From assembly GCA_963745015.1 (NCBI GenBank), contig CAVUVU010000004.1, forward strand, positions 125,131-189,130: a DNA stretch of 64,000 nt, read 5' to 3'. Shown here piece by piece: positions 8,650-20,980 of this stretch; within the stretch, counting starts at the first letter, position 1; each line of letters opens with the position of its first letter. A model generated the notes under the pieces. The model did not search any database. It saw only the letters and a list, made by a program, of their open reading frames with translations, and was not told the origin of the DNA. This stretch comes from an uncultured Candidatus Rokubacteria bacterium (GTDB lineage Bacteria; Methylomirabilota; Methylomirabilia; Rokubacteriales; DASRDR01). The translations under genes were made by a program, and so were the position numbers.

Positions 8650-11120
8650 GTGGGTGCTTCCGGGATCTCGGCCGCGAAGGTCGCAGGGTCCGGGGGGCCA
8701 CCCCACTCGCCGGTCCAACGCACATCGGGCATTCGAACGAGGAGGCAGGGCTTGGCTATCCGGCCGCGGGCCGCGTCGCGATTCGAGCGGGACGGATCCA
8801 CCGTGCGGTTCAGCGAGGGCACGTCGCGCGTGTCCGTCACGGTCTGCACGCCGCGCATCGTGCGGATCGACCTGGAAGGGGCCGGAGAGGACGCGGCGCC
8901 GTCCTACGTCGGCCCCCGCGACTGGCCCGGCGCGCCGGTGGATCTCCACGATGGCGAGCCCGTGCGGCTGGCGACGAGCCGATCTCCGCGTGGAGGTGTC
9001 GACCTCGCCGATCCGCCTGGCCTTCCTGGACGCCGCGGGCGCGTGGCTCCTCCGGGAGCCGCCGGACGGCGGGATGGCGGCGGAGCGGTCCCCGGACGGC
9101 CGGACGCGCTTCCACGCGCGCTTCGTCTTCAATGGCGAGCAGCACTTCTACGGGCTCGGCCAGGGCGGCGCCCAGCTCGACCGGCTCGGCGTGAGCCGGC
9201 AGCTCTGGAACACGCACCTCGGCCACGGCCCGGGCTCGGACATGGGCGTGCCGCTCCTCGTCTCGAACCGCGGCTACGCGGTGTTCTTCGACAACACGAG
9301 CGACGCCCGGCTGACGGTGGGGCGCTCCGACAACGGCGTGCGCATCGTCTACGCGGCGGAGTCCGGGCGGCTCACCTGGTACTTCCTGATCGGCCAGGAT
9401 CTCCGCGCGGTGATGGGCGAGGTCGCGGAGCTGCTCGGCCGCGCCCCGATGCCCCCGCGCTGGGCGCTCGGGTTCCTCCAGTCGACCCGGCACTTCCACG
9501 ACACGGCCGAGCTGCGCCAGCTGCCGCGCACCATCCGGGACAAGCGCATCCCCTGCGACGGCCTCATCTATCTCTCGACGTACGGCGAGGCGCACGGGTG
9601 GAACCGCGGCGTCGGGCACCTCGAGTTCCAGCCGGAGCTCTGGCCGGATCCCGCCGGCATCCTCGGGGAGGCCCGGGCCCAGCACTTCGAGCTCATCACC
9701 CACGAGTACCCGGTGCTCCACGAGGACTCCCCGCTGTTCGCCGAGGCGGAGTCGCGCGGCTATCTCCTGACGGCGGGGTACGAGCGCGTGAGCGCCAGCG
9801 GGCGCGCCCCCGCGACGTACCGCGAAGGCCAGCGCTACCTCGACTTCTCCGATCCGGCCGTGGGCCGCTGGTGGTGGGCTGCGCACCAGGACCTGAGGCG
9901 GCTCGGGATCACCGGCTGGTGGCTCGACGGCGGGGAGGGGCCGCCGGCGACGGCGAAGCTTCAGGCGGGCGACGGGACGCTCCTCCACAACGTCTACGAT
10001 CGCCACCGCCATCAGGCGTTCGCGGAGGGCGAGGCGGCCGATCGCCCCGACCAGCGGGTGTTCCTCCTCTGCCGGTCCGGCGCGGCGGGGATGCAGCGCT
10101 ACGGGGCGACGTGCTGGTCGGGCGACATCAACAACGACTTCCCGACCCTCGAGGCCCAGGTCCCGCTGGGGCTCAACACCGGCCTGTCCGGGATTCCGTA
10201 CTGGGGCACGGACATCGGCGGCTTCTTCCATCCGGTGCCGGAGACGGGCGAGCTCTACGCGCGCTGGTTCCAGCTGGGCGCCTTCAGCCCGATCTTCCGC
10301 TCGCACGGCTGGGTCTGGCGGGAGCACGTGCCGTGGGCGCACGGCCCCGAGGTGGAAGCCATCTGCCGGCGCTACGCCGAGCTCCGCTACCAGCTGCTGC
10401 CGTACACCTACACGCTCGCGTGGCAGGCGTATGCCCACGGCCTGCCCCTCATGCGGCCGCTGGTCCTCAACTATCCGGACGACCCCCGGACCTGGACGAT
10501 CGGCCACGAGTTCCTGTGGGGCGACGACCTCCTGGTGGCGCCGGTGACGCGCGAGGGCGCGACGGCGTGGCCCGTCTACCTCCCCGCGGGCCGGTGGCAC
10601 GACTTCTGGACCGGCGCGTCCTACGAGGGCCCGGGAGGAGTCACGCTCCCCGCCCCCGTCGACCGGCTGCCGCTCCTCGTCCGGGCCGGGGCGATCCTGC
10701 CGATGGGCCCGGTCGTCCAGCACACCGGCGAGCGGCCGCTCGACGAGGTGACGCTCCTGATCTATCCGGCGCGGCGCGTCACGCTTCGAGCTCTACGAGG
10801 ACGACGGCCGGTCGAACGCCTACCGGCAGGGCCGCCACGCGCTGACGCCGCTCGAGTGCGAGGCCGGGCCCGGCCGCGTGGTGGTGCGGATCGGCCAGCC
10901 GGCCGGCGACCCGTCGGTCGTCCCGGCCGGTCGGCGCTACGTGCTCCGGCTCCGGATCGACCGGCCGGCCGCGGTGACCGTGGAAGGCCGCGGCGAGCTG
11001 CCGAAGCTGGCCGGCCCCGGCGCGGCCGGGGCGGGCTGGTGGGTCGACGGCGAGGGGTTCACCCTCGTCCGCCTCCCCGCCCAGCCCGCGTACGCCGTGA
11101 CGGTGCGGACTACGACTTGA
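8650..11120 (+). CDS. Glycoside hydrolase family 31 (alpha-glucosidase/alpha-xylosidase) #1, two apparent frameshifts (~8975, ~10780)
   Basis: GH31 hallmark segments WNTHLGHGP, GITGWWLDGGE, DINNDFPTLEAQV, FSPIFRSHGW. N-terminus, core and C-terminus (ORF 10878..11120) lie in three frames. Confidence 0.85.
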
Positions 11121-13177
11121 AGTACCAGGTCTCCGTGTGGGCGATGTGCGGGTTGTCGCTCACCGCGCTGTTCCAGAGGCGCTCCGGGATGTTGCCCATG
11201 TTGTTCTTGATCACCCGCACGCCCTGGGACGCCGGGGAGTTCGAGATGACCGGGATGACCCACAGCTCGTCGAGGGCGATCTTCCAGACCTCCTTGGCCA
11301 GCTGCGTCCGCTCCTGATCCGGCACGCCGAACGACTTCCGGTACTTCTCCATCAGCTCGCGCATCCGGGGCGGCGGGGTCTTGCCCTGCGCCCCGGCGCT
11401 CGAGTACCACGTCCCGTAGAGCGGGCCCGTCGGCACCCCGCCGTCGGTGGGGAAGAACCACGGGGCGTGGCCGTACATGTTGTCGGCGCCCCACTGGGTC
11501 TCGAAGTAGATCTGGTGCTCGTTCGCCCGCATGCGGGCGGTGGCCAGCCCGCGCTCGAGCTCCTGGACGTCTCCCCGGATGCCGATCTTCTTCCAGTGCT
11601 CGGAGATCATCTCGGCGATCTTCGTGTACGGCAGGAAGCCGACGTAGGTCGTCAGCGCGATCTGGAGCCGCCCCGCGCCGTCGGCCCGCAGGCGGTACCC
11701 CTCGGCGTCCTTCTTGTCCAGGCCGAGCTTGTCGAGCATCTCGTTGGCCTGCTTGACGTCGTAGGCGCTGTGGAGCGTCTTGAACTCCGGCCCCGGGAAG
11801 TAGGGGGTGCGCTCGCCCGGCGCCGCCGACCCGGTCTGCCCGAGCCCCAGGACGAACGTCTCGTTGATCTGCTGGCGGTCGATGCCGTGGGAGAGCGCGA
11901 TCCGGAACTCCCGTGAGCTGAGCCACTTCGCGATCTCGGCGTCCTTCTCGTAGCTCGAGTTGCAGAACAGCCCCACGTCGGCGCCCTGGTCCGAGGGGTC
12001 CAGGTAGACGCGGTAGCCGCCCTTCTGCTGGTTCTCGAGCAGCACCGGAAGCTTCCCGATGTCGATGTGCCGCGCCTGCGAGTCGTACTCCCCCGCGATC
12101 GCGCGGAGGTTGATGATCTCGAGGTTCTCGCCGAGCGTCATCTGGATGCGGTCGATGTACGGGAGCTGGTTCCCGGCGGTGTCCACCCACACGCTGTACG
12201 GGTTCCGCTCCAGGACGAACCGCGGCGTGTTGATCGGCGAGGTCGTCTTCCACGGGCGTCACGACCGGCAGGTCGGGGTTGACGCAGGAGTTGTTGCGGT
12301 TCTTGAAGAGCGTCACCCAGCTGTTGACGTTGACCTCGGCGACCTTCTTGTCGATCTCCGCCTTGGCCGTGTACTTCGGGTGGAACTGCTTCATGTAGTG
12401 GGCCGGCGCGAACCCGCCGAGCGCGTCCCGGCCGAACCGCGCGTGGTGCCCGATGCCCCACACCGAGGCGAGCACGACGGGAAGCGCGTAGTAGGCATCC
12501 GGCGCGACGAACTGCACCGTGGCCGCGTCGACCTTCTTGATCGTGATCGGCTTGCCGTTGATCGTCATGACGGTCAGCGGCGTCGGCACCAGCTCCTTGT
12601 TCTGGTACACGTCCTCGAACCAGAACACGAAGTCGTCGGCCGTGAACGGCTGCCCGTCGCTCCACTTCATGCCCCGCCGGAGGAGGAGCGTCGTGACCTT
12701 GCCGTCGCGGCTGACCTCCCATCCGCGGGCGATGTTCGGGACGATCTTCGTCCCGGTGTAGTCGAAGTAGAGGAGCTTGTCGTTCTGGGCGGCGCGATGC
12801 GCGTTCGACGTGTCGAAGGGGCCGGTGAACCCGCGGCGCCAGGTCCCGCCGTACTTGCCGATCTCGCGGAGGGGCTTGACGACCAGCGGGTCCTGGCCGA
12901 TGCGCTGCTCGACCGGCGGCAGCTTGCCCGCCTTGACCAGCTCGGCGAGCTGCGGCGCCTCGTTGAAGCGCTTCGGGATCTGGGCGGCGTCGGTGACGAC
13001 CTCCGCCCCTTCCAGCTTGCCGATCAGGTGCGCCCCCGGCTTGGGCGCCTGCGCCCCGGCCGGGCCGGCCGGGAGCTGCGTCGCCGAGATGGCGAGCATC
13101 CCGAGCCGCAGCATCGTGCGGCGTGACAGGCCGCCGTGTTCCTCGTGGGCTCGCTCGATGTCCTCCGGATCGCTCAT
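11110..13177 (-). CDS. ABC transporter substrate-binding protein, family 5 (oligopeptide/oligosaccharide type), apparent frameshift near 12250
   Basis: Tat/Sec signal (RRTMLRLGMLAISATQ). Family-5 SBP N-terminal half is in ORF 10937..13177; C-terminal half is in ORF 11110..12192. Confidence 0.8.
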
Positions 13178-13229
13178 GGGTCTCCCCTTTCACCCTCTTC
13201 GAGTCCGAGGGCGTCCTGCGATCTGACGA

Positions 13230-14360
13230 TCATGACGACGACGTCGACGACCTGCGGCGCGGGCGCCGCGCTCCTCCTTTGACGAGTGGCTCGTCGGCTT
13301 CGGGCCGAACATCAGGGACTCGGGACTCGCCGTCCCGCGGGGGCCGGCAGCTCTGGCGACGGACCAGCTCGAGGGCCAGGGGCGGCTCGGCGAGGCCGCC
13401 GGGCCGGCCGGCCATCAAATCGAGCAGCCTCCGCGCCGCCGCCTGGCCGAGCTCGTAGCGGGGCACGCGGACGGTGGTGAGCGGGGGCGTGACCAGGCTC
13501 GCGTACGGCACGTCGTCCCATCCGACGATCGAGAGGTCTCGGGGCACGCGCACCCCCTGCTCGGCGCAGGCCTGCAGGAGACCGATCGCCATCACGTCGT
13601 TGTGGCAGATGGCGGCCGTCGGGCGGGCCGCGAGGGCGAGGAGGCGCCGGCCGGCCGCGTGGCCGCCCTCGAGAGACATGGCGTCCCGGAAGATCAGGCC
13701 CCGCTCGGGACCGAGGCCGGCCCGGGCCAGGGCCGGGCGGTACCAGTCTTCCCGGTTGCCCACCCGGGCGTCGCTCCGGGACGGCACGACCAGCGCGATG
13801 CGCCGGTGGCCCAGCCCGGTCAGGTATGCCACGACCTCGGCGGTGGCGGCCGGCCAGTCGATCCAGATCGCGGCGACCTGGGGTCCCTTCACCTCGCGGT
13901 TCAGGAACACCATCGGGATGTCGGCGCGCCGGGCCAGCTCGGCGAGCTCCTCGGGCGGACACTGCGGCGCCCCGAGGATCAGGCCGTCGCTGCTGCGCTC
14001 GAGCAGGTGCTTGACGTTCCGGAGCTCCCGCTCGGGATCCCGGCGGCTGCTGGAGAGGATCAGGCTGTAGCCCGCCGCCGCCAGCACGTCCTCGGCTCCG
14101 CGCGCGACGTCCGGGAAGAAGGGGCTCGCGACGTCGCCCATGACGAGGCCGACGGTCTTCGTCTGCCGGCTCACCAGGCTGCGGGCGATGTGGCTCGGAT
14201 GGAACCGGAGCTTGGCGATCGCCTGCTCCACCCGCGTGCGGGTCAGCGGCGCGATGTGATTCTCGCCGTTGATGAAGCGCGAGACCGTCTGGTGGGACAC
14301 GCGGGCGAACCGGGCAACGTCCCGGATGGTCACCCGCTTCCGCGACGGGGGTGGGCTCAT
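13230..14360 (-). CDS. LacI-family transcriptional regulator
   Basis: N-terminal HTH (VTIRDVARFARVSHQTVSRFING) plus periplasmic-binding-protein-like sugar-binding core. Start placed at MSPPPSRKR. Confidence 0.85.
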   Translation of the reverse strand: MSPPPSRKRVTIRDVARFARVSHQTVSRFINGENHIAPLTRTRVEQAIAKLRFHPSHIARSLVSRQTKTVGLVMGDVASPFFPDVARGAEDVLAAAGYSLILSSSRRDPERELRNVKHLLERSSDGLILGAPQCPPEELAELARRADIPMVFLNREVKGPQVAAIWIDWPAATAEVVAYLTGLGHRRIALVVPSRSDARVGNREDWYRPALARAGLGPERGLIFRDAMSLEGGHAAGRRLLALAARPTAAICHNDVMAIGLLQACAEQGVRVPRDLSIVGWDDVPYASLVTPPLTTVRVPRYELGQAAARRLLDLMAGRPGGLAEPPLALELVRRQSCRPPRDGESRVPDVRPEADEPLVKGGARRPRRRSSTSSS

Positions 14361-14375
14361 GATTCGCTCCGATCC

Positions 14376-14391
14376 GTGTGACCGGTCACAC
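14376..14391. promoter_or_regulatory. Putative LacI operator O1 (GTGTGACCGGTCACAC, 16-bp perfect palindrome)
   Basis: Lies 16 bp upstream of the lacI start codon, between a TTGACA -35-like hexamer (14415-14420, minus strand) and the start. Classic autoregulatory position. Confidence 0.55.
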
Positions 14392-14528
14392 CCTAGCAAG
14401 GGGCCGGCAGACCTGTCAATCGAGGGCCGGCCGCCCCGCGGCGCGGGCGCGCGGCGACCCGGGCGCGCTCGCGACCCCACCCCCCGGGAACCGGGCCCTT
14501 TGGGTCCGGGCGGTCCGGTGCTAGATTC

Positions 14529-14540
14529 GTGACCGGTCAC
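14529..14540. promoter_or_regulatory. Putative LacI operator O2 (GTGACCGGTCAC)
   Basis: Second perfect copy in the same divergent intergenic region, ~130 bp upstream of the sugar-SBP start. Confidence 0.5.
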
Positions 14541-14667
14541 ACTCCAGATCGGAGACCCCGACGACCCTCTCGGTCGAGACGATGCTGACGGTCCAGAACG
14601 CCACGGAGGCGCGGCACCGTCCGGGCATGACGCCCGGGCCAGCCCGCGCGGAAAGGACGGGCGTGGA

Positions 14668-15950
14668 GATGAGAGCCATACATCGAGGCCGGTCTGCTCG
14701 AGGCGCGGCGCGCGAATCGAGGTTCGCCGTGGTCCTGACCCTGGTCGTCACCGCTCTCCTGGTCGCGGGCTCGACGGCCTGGGCCCAGGGCAAGACCATC
14801 ACGCTGTCGATGCTGGCCGGGTTCAAGGAGGACGTCCTCCGCGCCAACCTGCCCGAGTTCGAGAAGAAGACGGGCATCAAGGTGCTCATCGATGCGTCGC
14901 CCTTCGCCGACATGTACAAGAAGAACCTCCTCGCGCTCAGCACCGGCGGGCGGTTCGACGTTCTGTTCCTGGACGAGCCGTGGGTCCCGCCGCTCTCGGA
15001 GTTCCTCACGCCGCTCGACGAGCGGCTGAAGAGCGTCGACATGCAGGACTTCGTCCCGACGACGGTCGCCTCCGGGGCCTTCCAGGGGAAGCAGTACGCG
15101 CTCCCGGTGGACCCGAACGTCCAGATCCTCGTGTACCGGAAGGATCTCTTCGCGCAGAAGAACCTCAAGCCGCCCGCGACCTGGGACGAGCTCCTGGCGA
15201 CGGCGAAGGCCTTCCATGACCCGGCCAAGGAGCAGTACGGGTTCGCCATGACCGCGAGCAGCGACATCCAGACGTCGCTGTACCTCCTCCTGGCCATGTG
15301 GTCCCAGGGGGCCGAGCTGATCGACGCCCAGGGACGCGGCGGCGCGAACACCCCCGCGGGCCGGAAGGGCGGGGAGATGTTCCTGGAGCTCCTGAAGTTC
15401 ACCCCTCCGAACGTCCGAAGCTACACCTTCGCCGACGTCAACAAGGCGATCCAGACCGGTCAGGCCGCGATGGCCATCCAGTGGGCCTCGGGCGCGAAGC
15501 CCATGGAGGACCCGACCCGGTCGAGCGTGGCCGGGAAGCTAGGCTACGCGCGTGGTGCCGAAGGCGGTCCGCCAGACGCCCATGCGCGGCGTCTGGACGA
15601 TCGCGATCGCCAAGAACAGCCCGAATCAGGACGCGGCGTTCGAGTTCGCCAAGTGGATCTCGAGCAAGGAGTTCGGGCTCGCCGCCGTGAAGTTCCCGAG
15701 CGCGACGTCGGCCATCCACAGCCCGCGCGTGTCCGTCCTTCAGGACGCCGGCACGAAGGCCGCCCTGCCCTACGCCGAGACCCTCCTGGCCAGCCTCCAG
15801 GTCACTAAGGGGCGGCCGCGCTACACAGAGTATGCCGACATCCAAGAGCACGTCCGCATCACGGCCGGGAAGCTGACGGCGGGCGAGCTCACCCTCGACG
15901 CCGCGCTGAAGGAGATCGACGCCGGGGTAAACAGGGTCCTCGGCAAGTAG
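14668..15950 (+). CDS. ABC sugar transporter substrate-binding protein (CUT1, family 1), apparent frameshift near 15545
   Basis: GGAG SD then ATG; signal peptide (VVLTLVVTALLVAGSTAWAQG). C-terminal 132 aa are in ORF 15552..15950. Confidence 0.8.
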
Positions 15951-15979
15951 GGGGGAACTGGGCCGGACTGAGCAAGCCA

Positions 15980-16859
15980 ATGGGCGGGGCCCGGGCAGGA
16001 CGCTGGTTCTTGCTTCCGGGCCTCGTCTTCCTCTTCGCGATCGACCTGGTTCCGCTGATCTACTCCGCGTGGATCAGCTTCTACGAGTGGTGGCTCCTCC
16101 GCCCGCGGAACATCCGGTTCGTCGGGCTCGGGTAACTACCTGCAGCTCGCGACCGACCCCGAGTTCGGGCGTGCCGTCGTGGTCACCACCCTGTTCACGG
16201 TCGGGGCGGTGGCCGTGGAGTTCCTCGCGGGGCTGGGCCTCGCCCTGCTCTTCGCCCAGCCGCTCCGGTTCCTCCGACCCCTCCGCGTGCTCCTGCTGCT
16301 GCCCCTCTTCATCGTGCCGGTCGTCGGCGCGACGATGTGGCGCGTCATCTTTCACCCCGAGCTGGGGGTCCTGAACTACTACCTGAATCTCGCCGGGTTC
16401 GGCCGCCCGTCCTGGCTCGGCGACCCGACCCTGGCCCTCGTGTCGATCACGCTCGTCGACGCGTGGCGCACGATCCCGTTCATGTTCCTGGTGCTCTACG
16501 CCGGCCTCCAGATGCTGCCCGCCGAACTCTACGAGGCCGCCGCGGTCGACGGGGCGTCCCGCTGGCAATCGTTCCGCCATGTGACGGTGCCGCTCCTGAC
16601 CTACATCATGCTGGTGGCGCTCCTGATCCGCGGCATGGACGCCTTCCGGGAGTTCGACATCATCTTCGTCCTCACCGGGGGCGGCCCCGGCACCGCCACC
16701 CAGACGATCCAGATGCTGAACTACCGCGTGTTCGGGCTCGGACACATGGGCCTGGCCAACTCTTTCGGGATGGTCACGCTGGCGCTCGTCGCCCTCATGT
16801 GCTGGGTCCTGATGCGGACGATCCTGCGTCCGCCGCGTCGAGCCGGAAACGCCGCGTGA
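15980..16859 (+). CDS. ABC sugar permease (MalF/UgpA-like), apparent frameshift near 16130
   Basis: N-terminal helix (WFLLPGLVFLFAIDLVPLIYSAWISFYEW) then a premature TAA. Rest of protein, including the EAA loop region (AAVDGASRWQSF), is in ORF 16179..16859. Confidence 0.8.
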
Positions 16860-17683
16860 AACCGACCCGGCTCCGGGTCGTCTTGACGGTGATCGCGCTC
16901 GTCCCCATCCTCTTCTGGACCCTGTTCCCGATCTTCTGGATCACGACGGCCTCGTTCAAGACGGAGCGGAGTCTGTACGCCCGCCCGCCCCAGTGGCTCT
17001 TCTTCACCCCGGTCCTCGAAAACTACCGCTGGGTGCTGGGCAACATCCCGTTCATCGAGTACCTGACGAACAGCCTGGTGATCGCGATCGGAACGACGGT
17101 CGGGAGCCTCGTGCTCGGGGTGCTGGCGGGCTACGGATTCGCCCGCTTCCGATTCCCCGGATCCGACGCGGTGCGCTTCATGGTGCTGGTCACCCGCATG
17201 GCGCCCCGCATCGTCCTGGTGGTGCCGTACTACCTCATGATGCAGCGCCTCGGGCTGCTCGACACCTACACCGGTCTCGTGATCGCTTACATCTCCTTCG
17301 CCCTTCCGTTCACCATCTGGCTCCTCATCGGGTTCTTCATGGACGTCCCCCTCGAGATCGAGGAGGCGGCCATGATCGACGGCTGCTCCCGCGTCGGGGT
17401 GCTCCTGCGGGTCGTGCTTCCGATCGTGGCGCCCGGCCTCGTCGTCGCCGCGATCTTCGCCTTCCTGGTGTCCTGGAACGAGTTTCTCTTCGCGCTGATC
17501 CTGAGCGGCGTCAAGGCGAAGACCCTGCCCGTCGTCATCGCCGGGTTCAACACCGACGCGGGCCCGCTGTACGGCGAGATGAGCGCGGCCGCGGTGATGG
17601 TCATGCTGCCGAACATCGTCATGACGGTCGCCCTGCAGCGGTTCCTGGTCCGGGGGCTGACGCTGGGCGCCGTGAAGGGCTAG
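16856..17683 (+). CDS. ABC sugar permease (MalG/UgpE-like)
   Basis: GTG start overlaps the previous gene by 4 nt. Contains the permease EAA motif (EEAAMIDGCSRVGVLLRVVLP). Intact. Confidence 0.85.
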   Translation: MKPTRLRVVLTVIALVPILFWTLFPIFWITTASFKTERSLYARPPQWLFFTPVLENYRWVLGNIPFIEYLTNSLVIAIGTTVGSLVLGVLAGYGFARFRFPGSDAVRFMVLVTRMAPRIVLVVPYYLMMQRLGLLDTYTGLVIAYISFALPFTIWLLIGFFMDVPLEIEEAAMIDGCSRVGVLLRVVLPIVAPGLVVAAIFAFLVSWNEFLFALILSGVKAKTLPVVIAGFNTDAGPLYGEMSAAAVMVMLPNIVMTVALQRFLVRGLTLGAVKG

Positions 17684-17712
17684 CCCCACCACCGACGGAC
17701 CGCGGAGGAGCC

Positions 17713-20084
17713 ATGGAATCCCGCAACCTTGGTCTTGGCCGGGCGCTCGGGTGGGAGCGCACCCCCGACGGCGTGGAGTTCCGGTGCGCCACCGAGCTCC
17801 TCGCGCCGGCCCGCGTCGCCGTCGAGGTCGCCGGGCCGCGCGCCGTGCGCGTGCGCATCACCGCCGGCGCGGTGGCCGTCGCCAAGGCCTTCACGTACGT
17901 CACCGAACGGCCCGAGCGGGGCCCGTGGACCCTGGAGACGCCGGAGGGGCGGGTCGTCCTGCGCACCGCCCACCTGACGGTCGAGGCGACCCTCGATCCC
18001 TGGCAGCTCGCTTTCCGGACCGCCGACGGCCGGCTCCTGACCCACGAGGTGCAGGACGACGTGAACTTCGCCGGCCAGCGCCTGGGGCCCCGGCCGGGCC
18101 TCCAGGTCGAGACCCTGCCCCACGACCCCGCCCGCCGGGCGCTGGCCGTCGTGGACAACCTCCTGCTCGATCCCGAGGACCACTTCTTCGGCGGCGGCGA
18201 GAAGTTCACGCGGCTGGACCACGTGGGGCGGTCGATCCGGATCTGGAACCGCAACCCGTACGGCGCCCGCTCGGAGACCGCGTACAAGAACATCCCGCTC
18301 CTGGTCGGCAGCCGCGGCTACGGTCTCTTCGTGGACGTCCCCACCGCCGTGACGTTCCACCTGGGGAGCCGGTCGAACCGCACCTTCACGATCGAGGCGG
18401 CCGGCCCCGAGCTCGACTACTACGTGCTGGCCGGCACGCCGAAGGAGATCGTCGGCGTCTACACGGACATGACCGGGAAGCCGCCGGTCCCGCCGGAGTG
18501 GGCCTTCGGCCTGTGGGCCTCCACCTGCTTCGTGAAGTTCACCGAGGCCTCCGTGCTCGAGACCGCGCGCCGGCTCCGGCAGGAGGGCATCCCCTGCGAC
18601 GTCTTCCACCTGGACTCGTTCTGGCAGCGCGCCTTCATGTGGTGCGACTTCGAGTGGGACGCCGAGCGCCTGCCGGATCCCCGCGCGGCTCATGGCCGCC
18701 CTGCACCGGGAAGGCTTCCGCAACTGCCTGTGGATCAACCCCTACGTCTCGCTGCCAGAGCGCGCTCTATCAGGAAGGCGTCGCCGGCGGCTACTTCCTG
18801 CGCCGCCCCGACGGCAGCGTCTACGACGCTCTCGTGTGGAGCCAGCGCACGGAGCGGGGCATGGGGCTCTGCGCCATCGTCGACTTCACCAGCCCCGCGG
18901 CCGTCCGCTGGTACCGGGGGCTGCTGGACCGCCAGCTGGCGCTCGGCGCCGACTCCTTCAAGCCGGACTTCGCCGAGGAGATCCCGGAGGACGCCCGCTT
19001 CGCGAACGGGCTCAGCGGGCGCCGAGATGCACAACCCCTACCCGCTCCTCTTCCAGCGCGAGTCCTTCGAGGCGACCCAGGCCGCCCGTGGCCCGCGCGC
19101 CGTCGCCTGGTCGCGGAGCGCGGCGCCCGGCGTGCAGCGCTACCCCGGCCACTGGGCGGGTGACTCCGAGTGCACGTTCCTCGACATGGCCAACACGCTG
19201 CGGGGCGGCCTGGCCAGCGCGATGAGCGGGCTCGCCTACTGGAGCCACGACATCGGCGGGTTCTGGGGCGAGCCCTCGCCCGAGCTCTACGTCCGCTGGG
19301 CGCAGCTCGGGTTCCTCTCCGCCCTCAGCCGGTACCACGGGGCGACGCCACGGGACCCCTGGCTGTTCGGGGAGGAGGCCCTGGCGATCTTCCGCGAGTA
19401 CGCGCGGCTCCGCAGCCAGCTGGTGCCGTACCTGGTCAGCCACGGCTGGGAGGCCACCGACGACGGGCGTGCCCCTCATGCGCCCGATGGTCATGGAGTT
19501 CCCGGACGACCCGGCCGGCTACGCCTTCGACCTCCAGTACTGCCTCGGACGGGAGCTCCTCGTGTCGCCCGTCACCAGCGCGGGCGGCACCGTCACCACG
19601 TACCTGCCGCCGGGGCGCTGGATGGACTGGTGGAGCGGGACGGTCCACGCAGGGTCCGCGGACGCTGCGCCGCCAGGTGCCGCTCCGGGAGCTGCCGCTC
19701 TACCTCCGCGAGAACAGTCTCCTCGTGCTCGGGCCCCGTGCGGAATCACGTGGCCGAGGCGACGGGCCGGCCCGCTCACGGTGGAGGCCTTCGTGACGAC
19801 GGAGGCGGCCTTCGCTCTCCGCACCGACGCCGGATCGGCCGTGCTCCACGCCCGGCGCGACGGCCGGCGGGTGACGCTGAGCGTCGACGCGGCGGGCGCC
19901 GCGACGCCGGGTCCGCTCGTCTGGCGCCTGCACGATGCCGAGGCGCCGACCCAGGTGGCCGCCGAGGGCCACGCCCTGCCCCGCCTGGAACGGGCGGCGC
20001 TGGACGGCGCCGACCGCGGCTGGACGGTCGAGGGTCGCACCGCTGACGGTGAAGACCCCGGCCCGCCGGATCGAGATCGCCTAG
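17713..20084 (+). CDS. Glycoside hydrolase family 31 #2, at least five apparent frameshifts
   Basis: GGAGGAG SD then ATG. GH31 segments (WNRNPYG, HLDSFWQRAFMWCDFEWD, GLSGRR, HWAGDSECTFLDMANTLRG, FLSALSRYHG) are distributed over all three forward frames. Confidence 0.8.
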
Positions 20085-20096
20085 AGCCCGCGGCGA

Positions 20097-20862
20097 TCAG
20101 GTCCAGCCGGCGTCGACCACGTAGCTCTGCGCCGTGCAGCCGGCGCTGTCGTCGGCGGCGAGGAAGAGGATCGCCCGGGCGATGTCCTCCGGCACGAGCT
20201 TTCGCTTCAGGCACTGGCGGCGGAGCAGCTCGGCCTCGCCCTCCGGGGTGAGCCAGAGCTTGAGCTGGCGCTCGGTCATGATCCAGCCCGGGCACGACGC
20301 AGGTCACCCGGATGTTGTGCGGGCCCAGGTCGCGCGCGAGCCCTCGCGTCAGCCCGACGACCCCCGACTTGGCCGCCGTGTAGCCGGGCATCCCGCCCTG
20401 GCCGACCATCCACGAGGTGGAGCCCAGGTTGACGATCGCGCCCCCGCCGGCGGCCGCCATGTCCGGGTACACGGCCTGGGCCGCGAAGAACTGGTGCCGC
20501 AGGTTGACCGCGAGGCGATCGTCCCAGTACTCGGGTGTGACGGTGTCGAGCGCGTGGCGCTCGTCGTGCGCGGCGTTGTTGACGAGGACCCGGATCGGCC
20601 CCAGCTGGCGGCGCGCCTCGACGACCGCGCCGCGAAGGGCCGCGATGTCCCTGAGATCGCAGGGCAGGAACAGCGGCCGCTCCCGGCCCGTCCCCGCGAT
20701 CGCCTCCCGCAGACGCTCGGCGGCCGCGCGGTCGATGTCGACGAAGGCCACGCGCGAGCCCTGGGCGCAGAAGTGCTCCACGATCGAGGCGCCGATGCCG
20801 CTCGCCCCGCCCGTCACGAGGACGACGCGGTCGCGCAAGCTCGGGTACGTGGCGTACGTCAT
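20097..20862 (-). CDS. Short-chain dehydrogenase/reductase (SDR), apparent frameshift near 20285
   Basis: TGxxxGIG NAD(P) motif (VLVTGGASGIGASI), catalytic Y-x3-K (YTAAKSG). C-terminal 60 aa are in ORF 20097..20279. Confidence 0.8.
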
Positions 20863-20980
20863 GAAGGCCTCCTTGGGTTGCCGGAAGTGGTCACGGTTGG
20901 TCGGCGGCGAGCCGGCCCTCACGCTAGCACAGGCGAGTCGGCTTGCCGGAACCTCGGGCGACCCGGTATCCTCGGCCGGC

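Noticed and set aside
16993-20046. 1017-aa ORF overlapping the second permease and GH31 #2
   Set aside because: Artefactual fusion: its N-terminal third overlaps the intact permease gene in a different frame with junk composition. Only interspersed segments correspond to GH31 #2.
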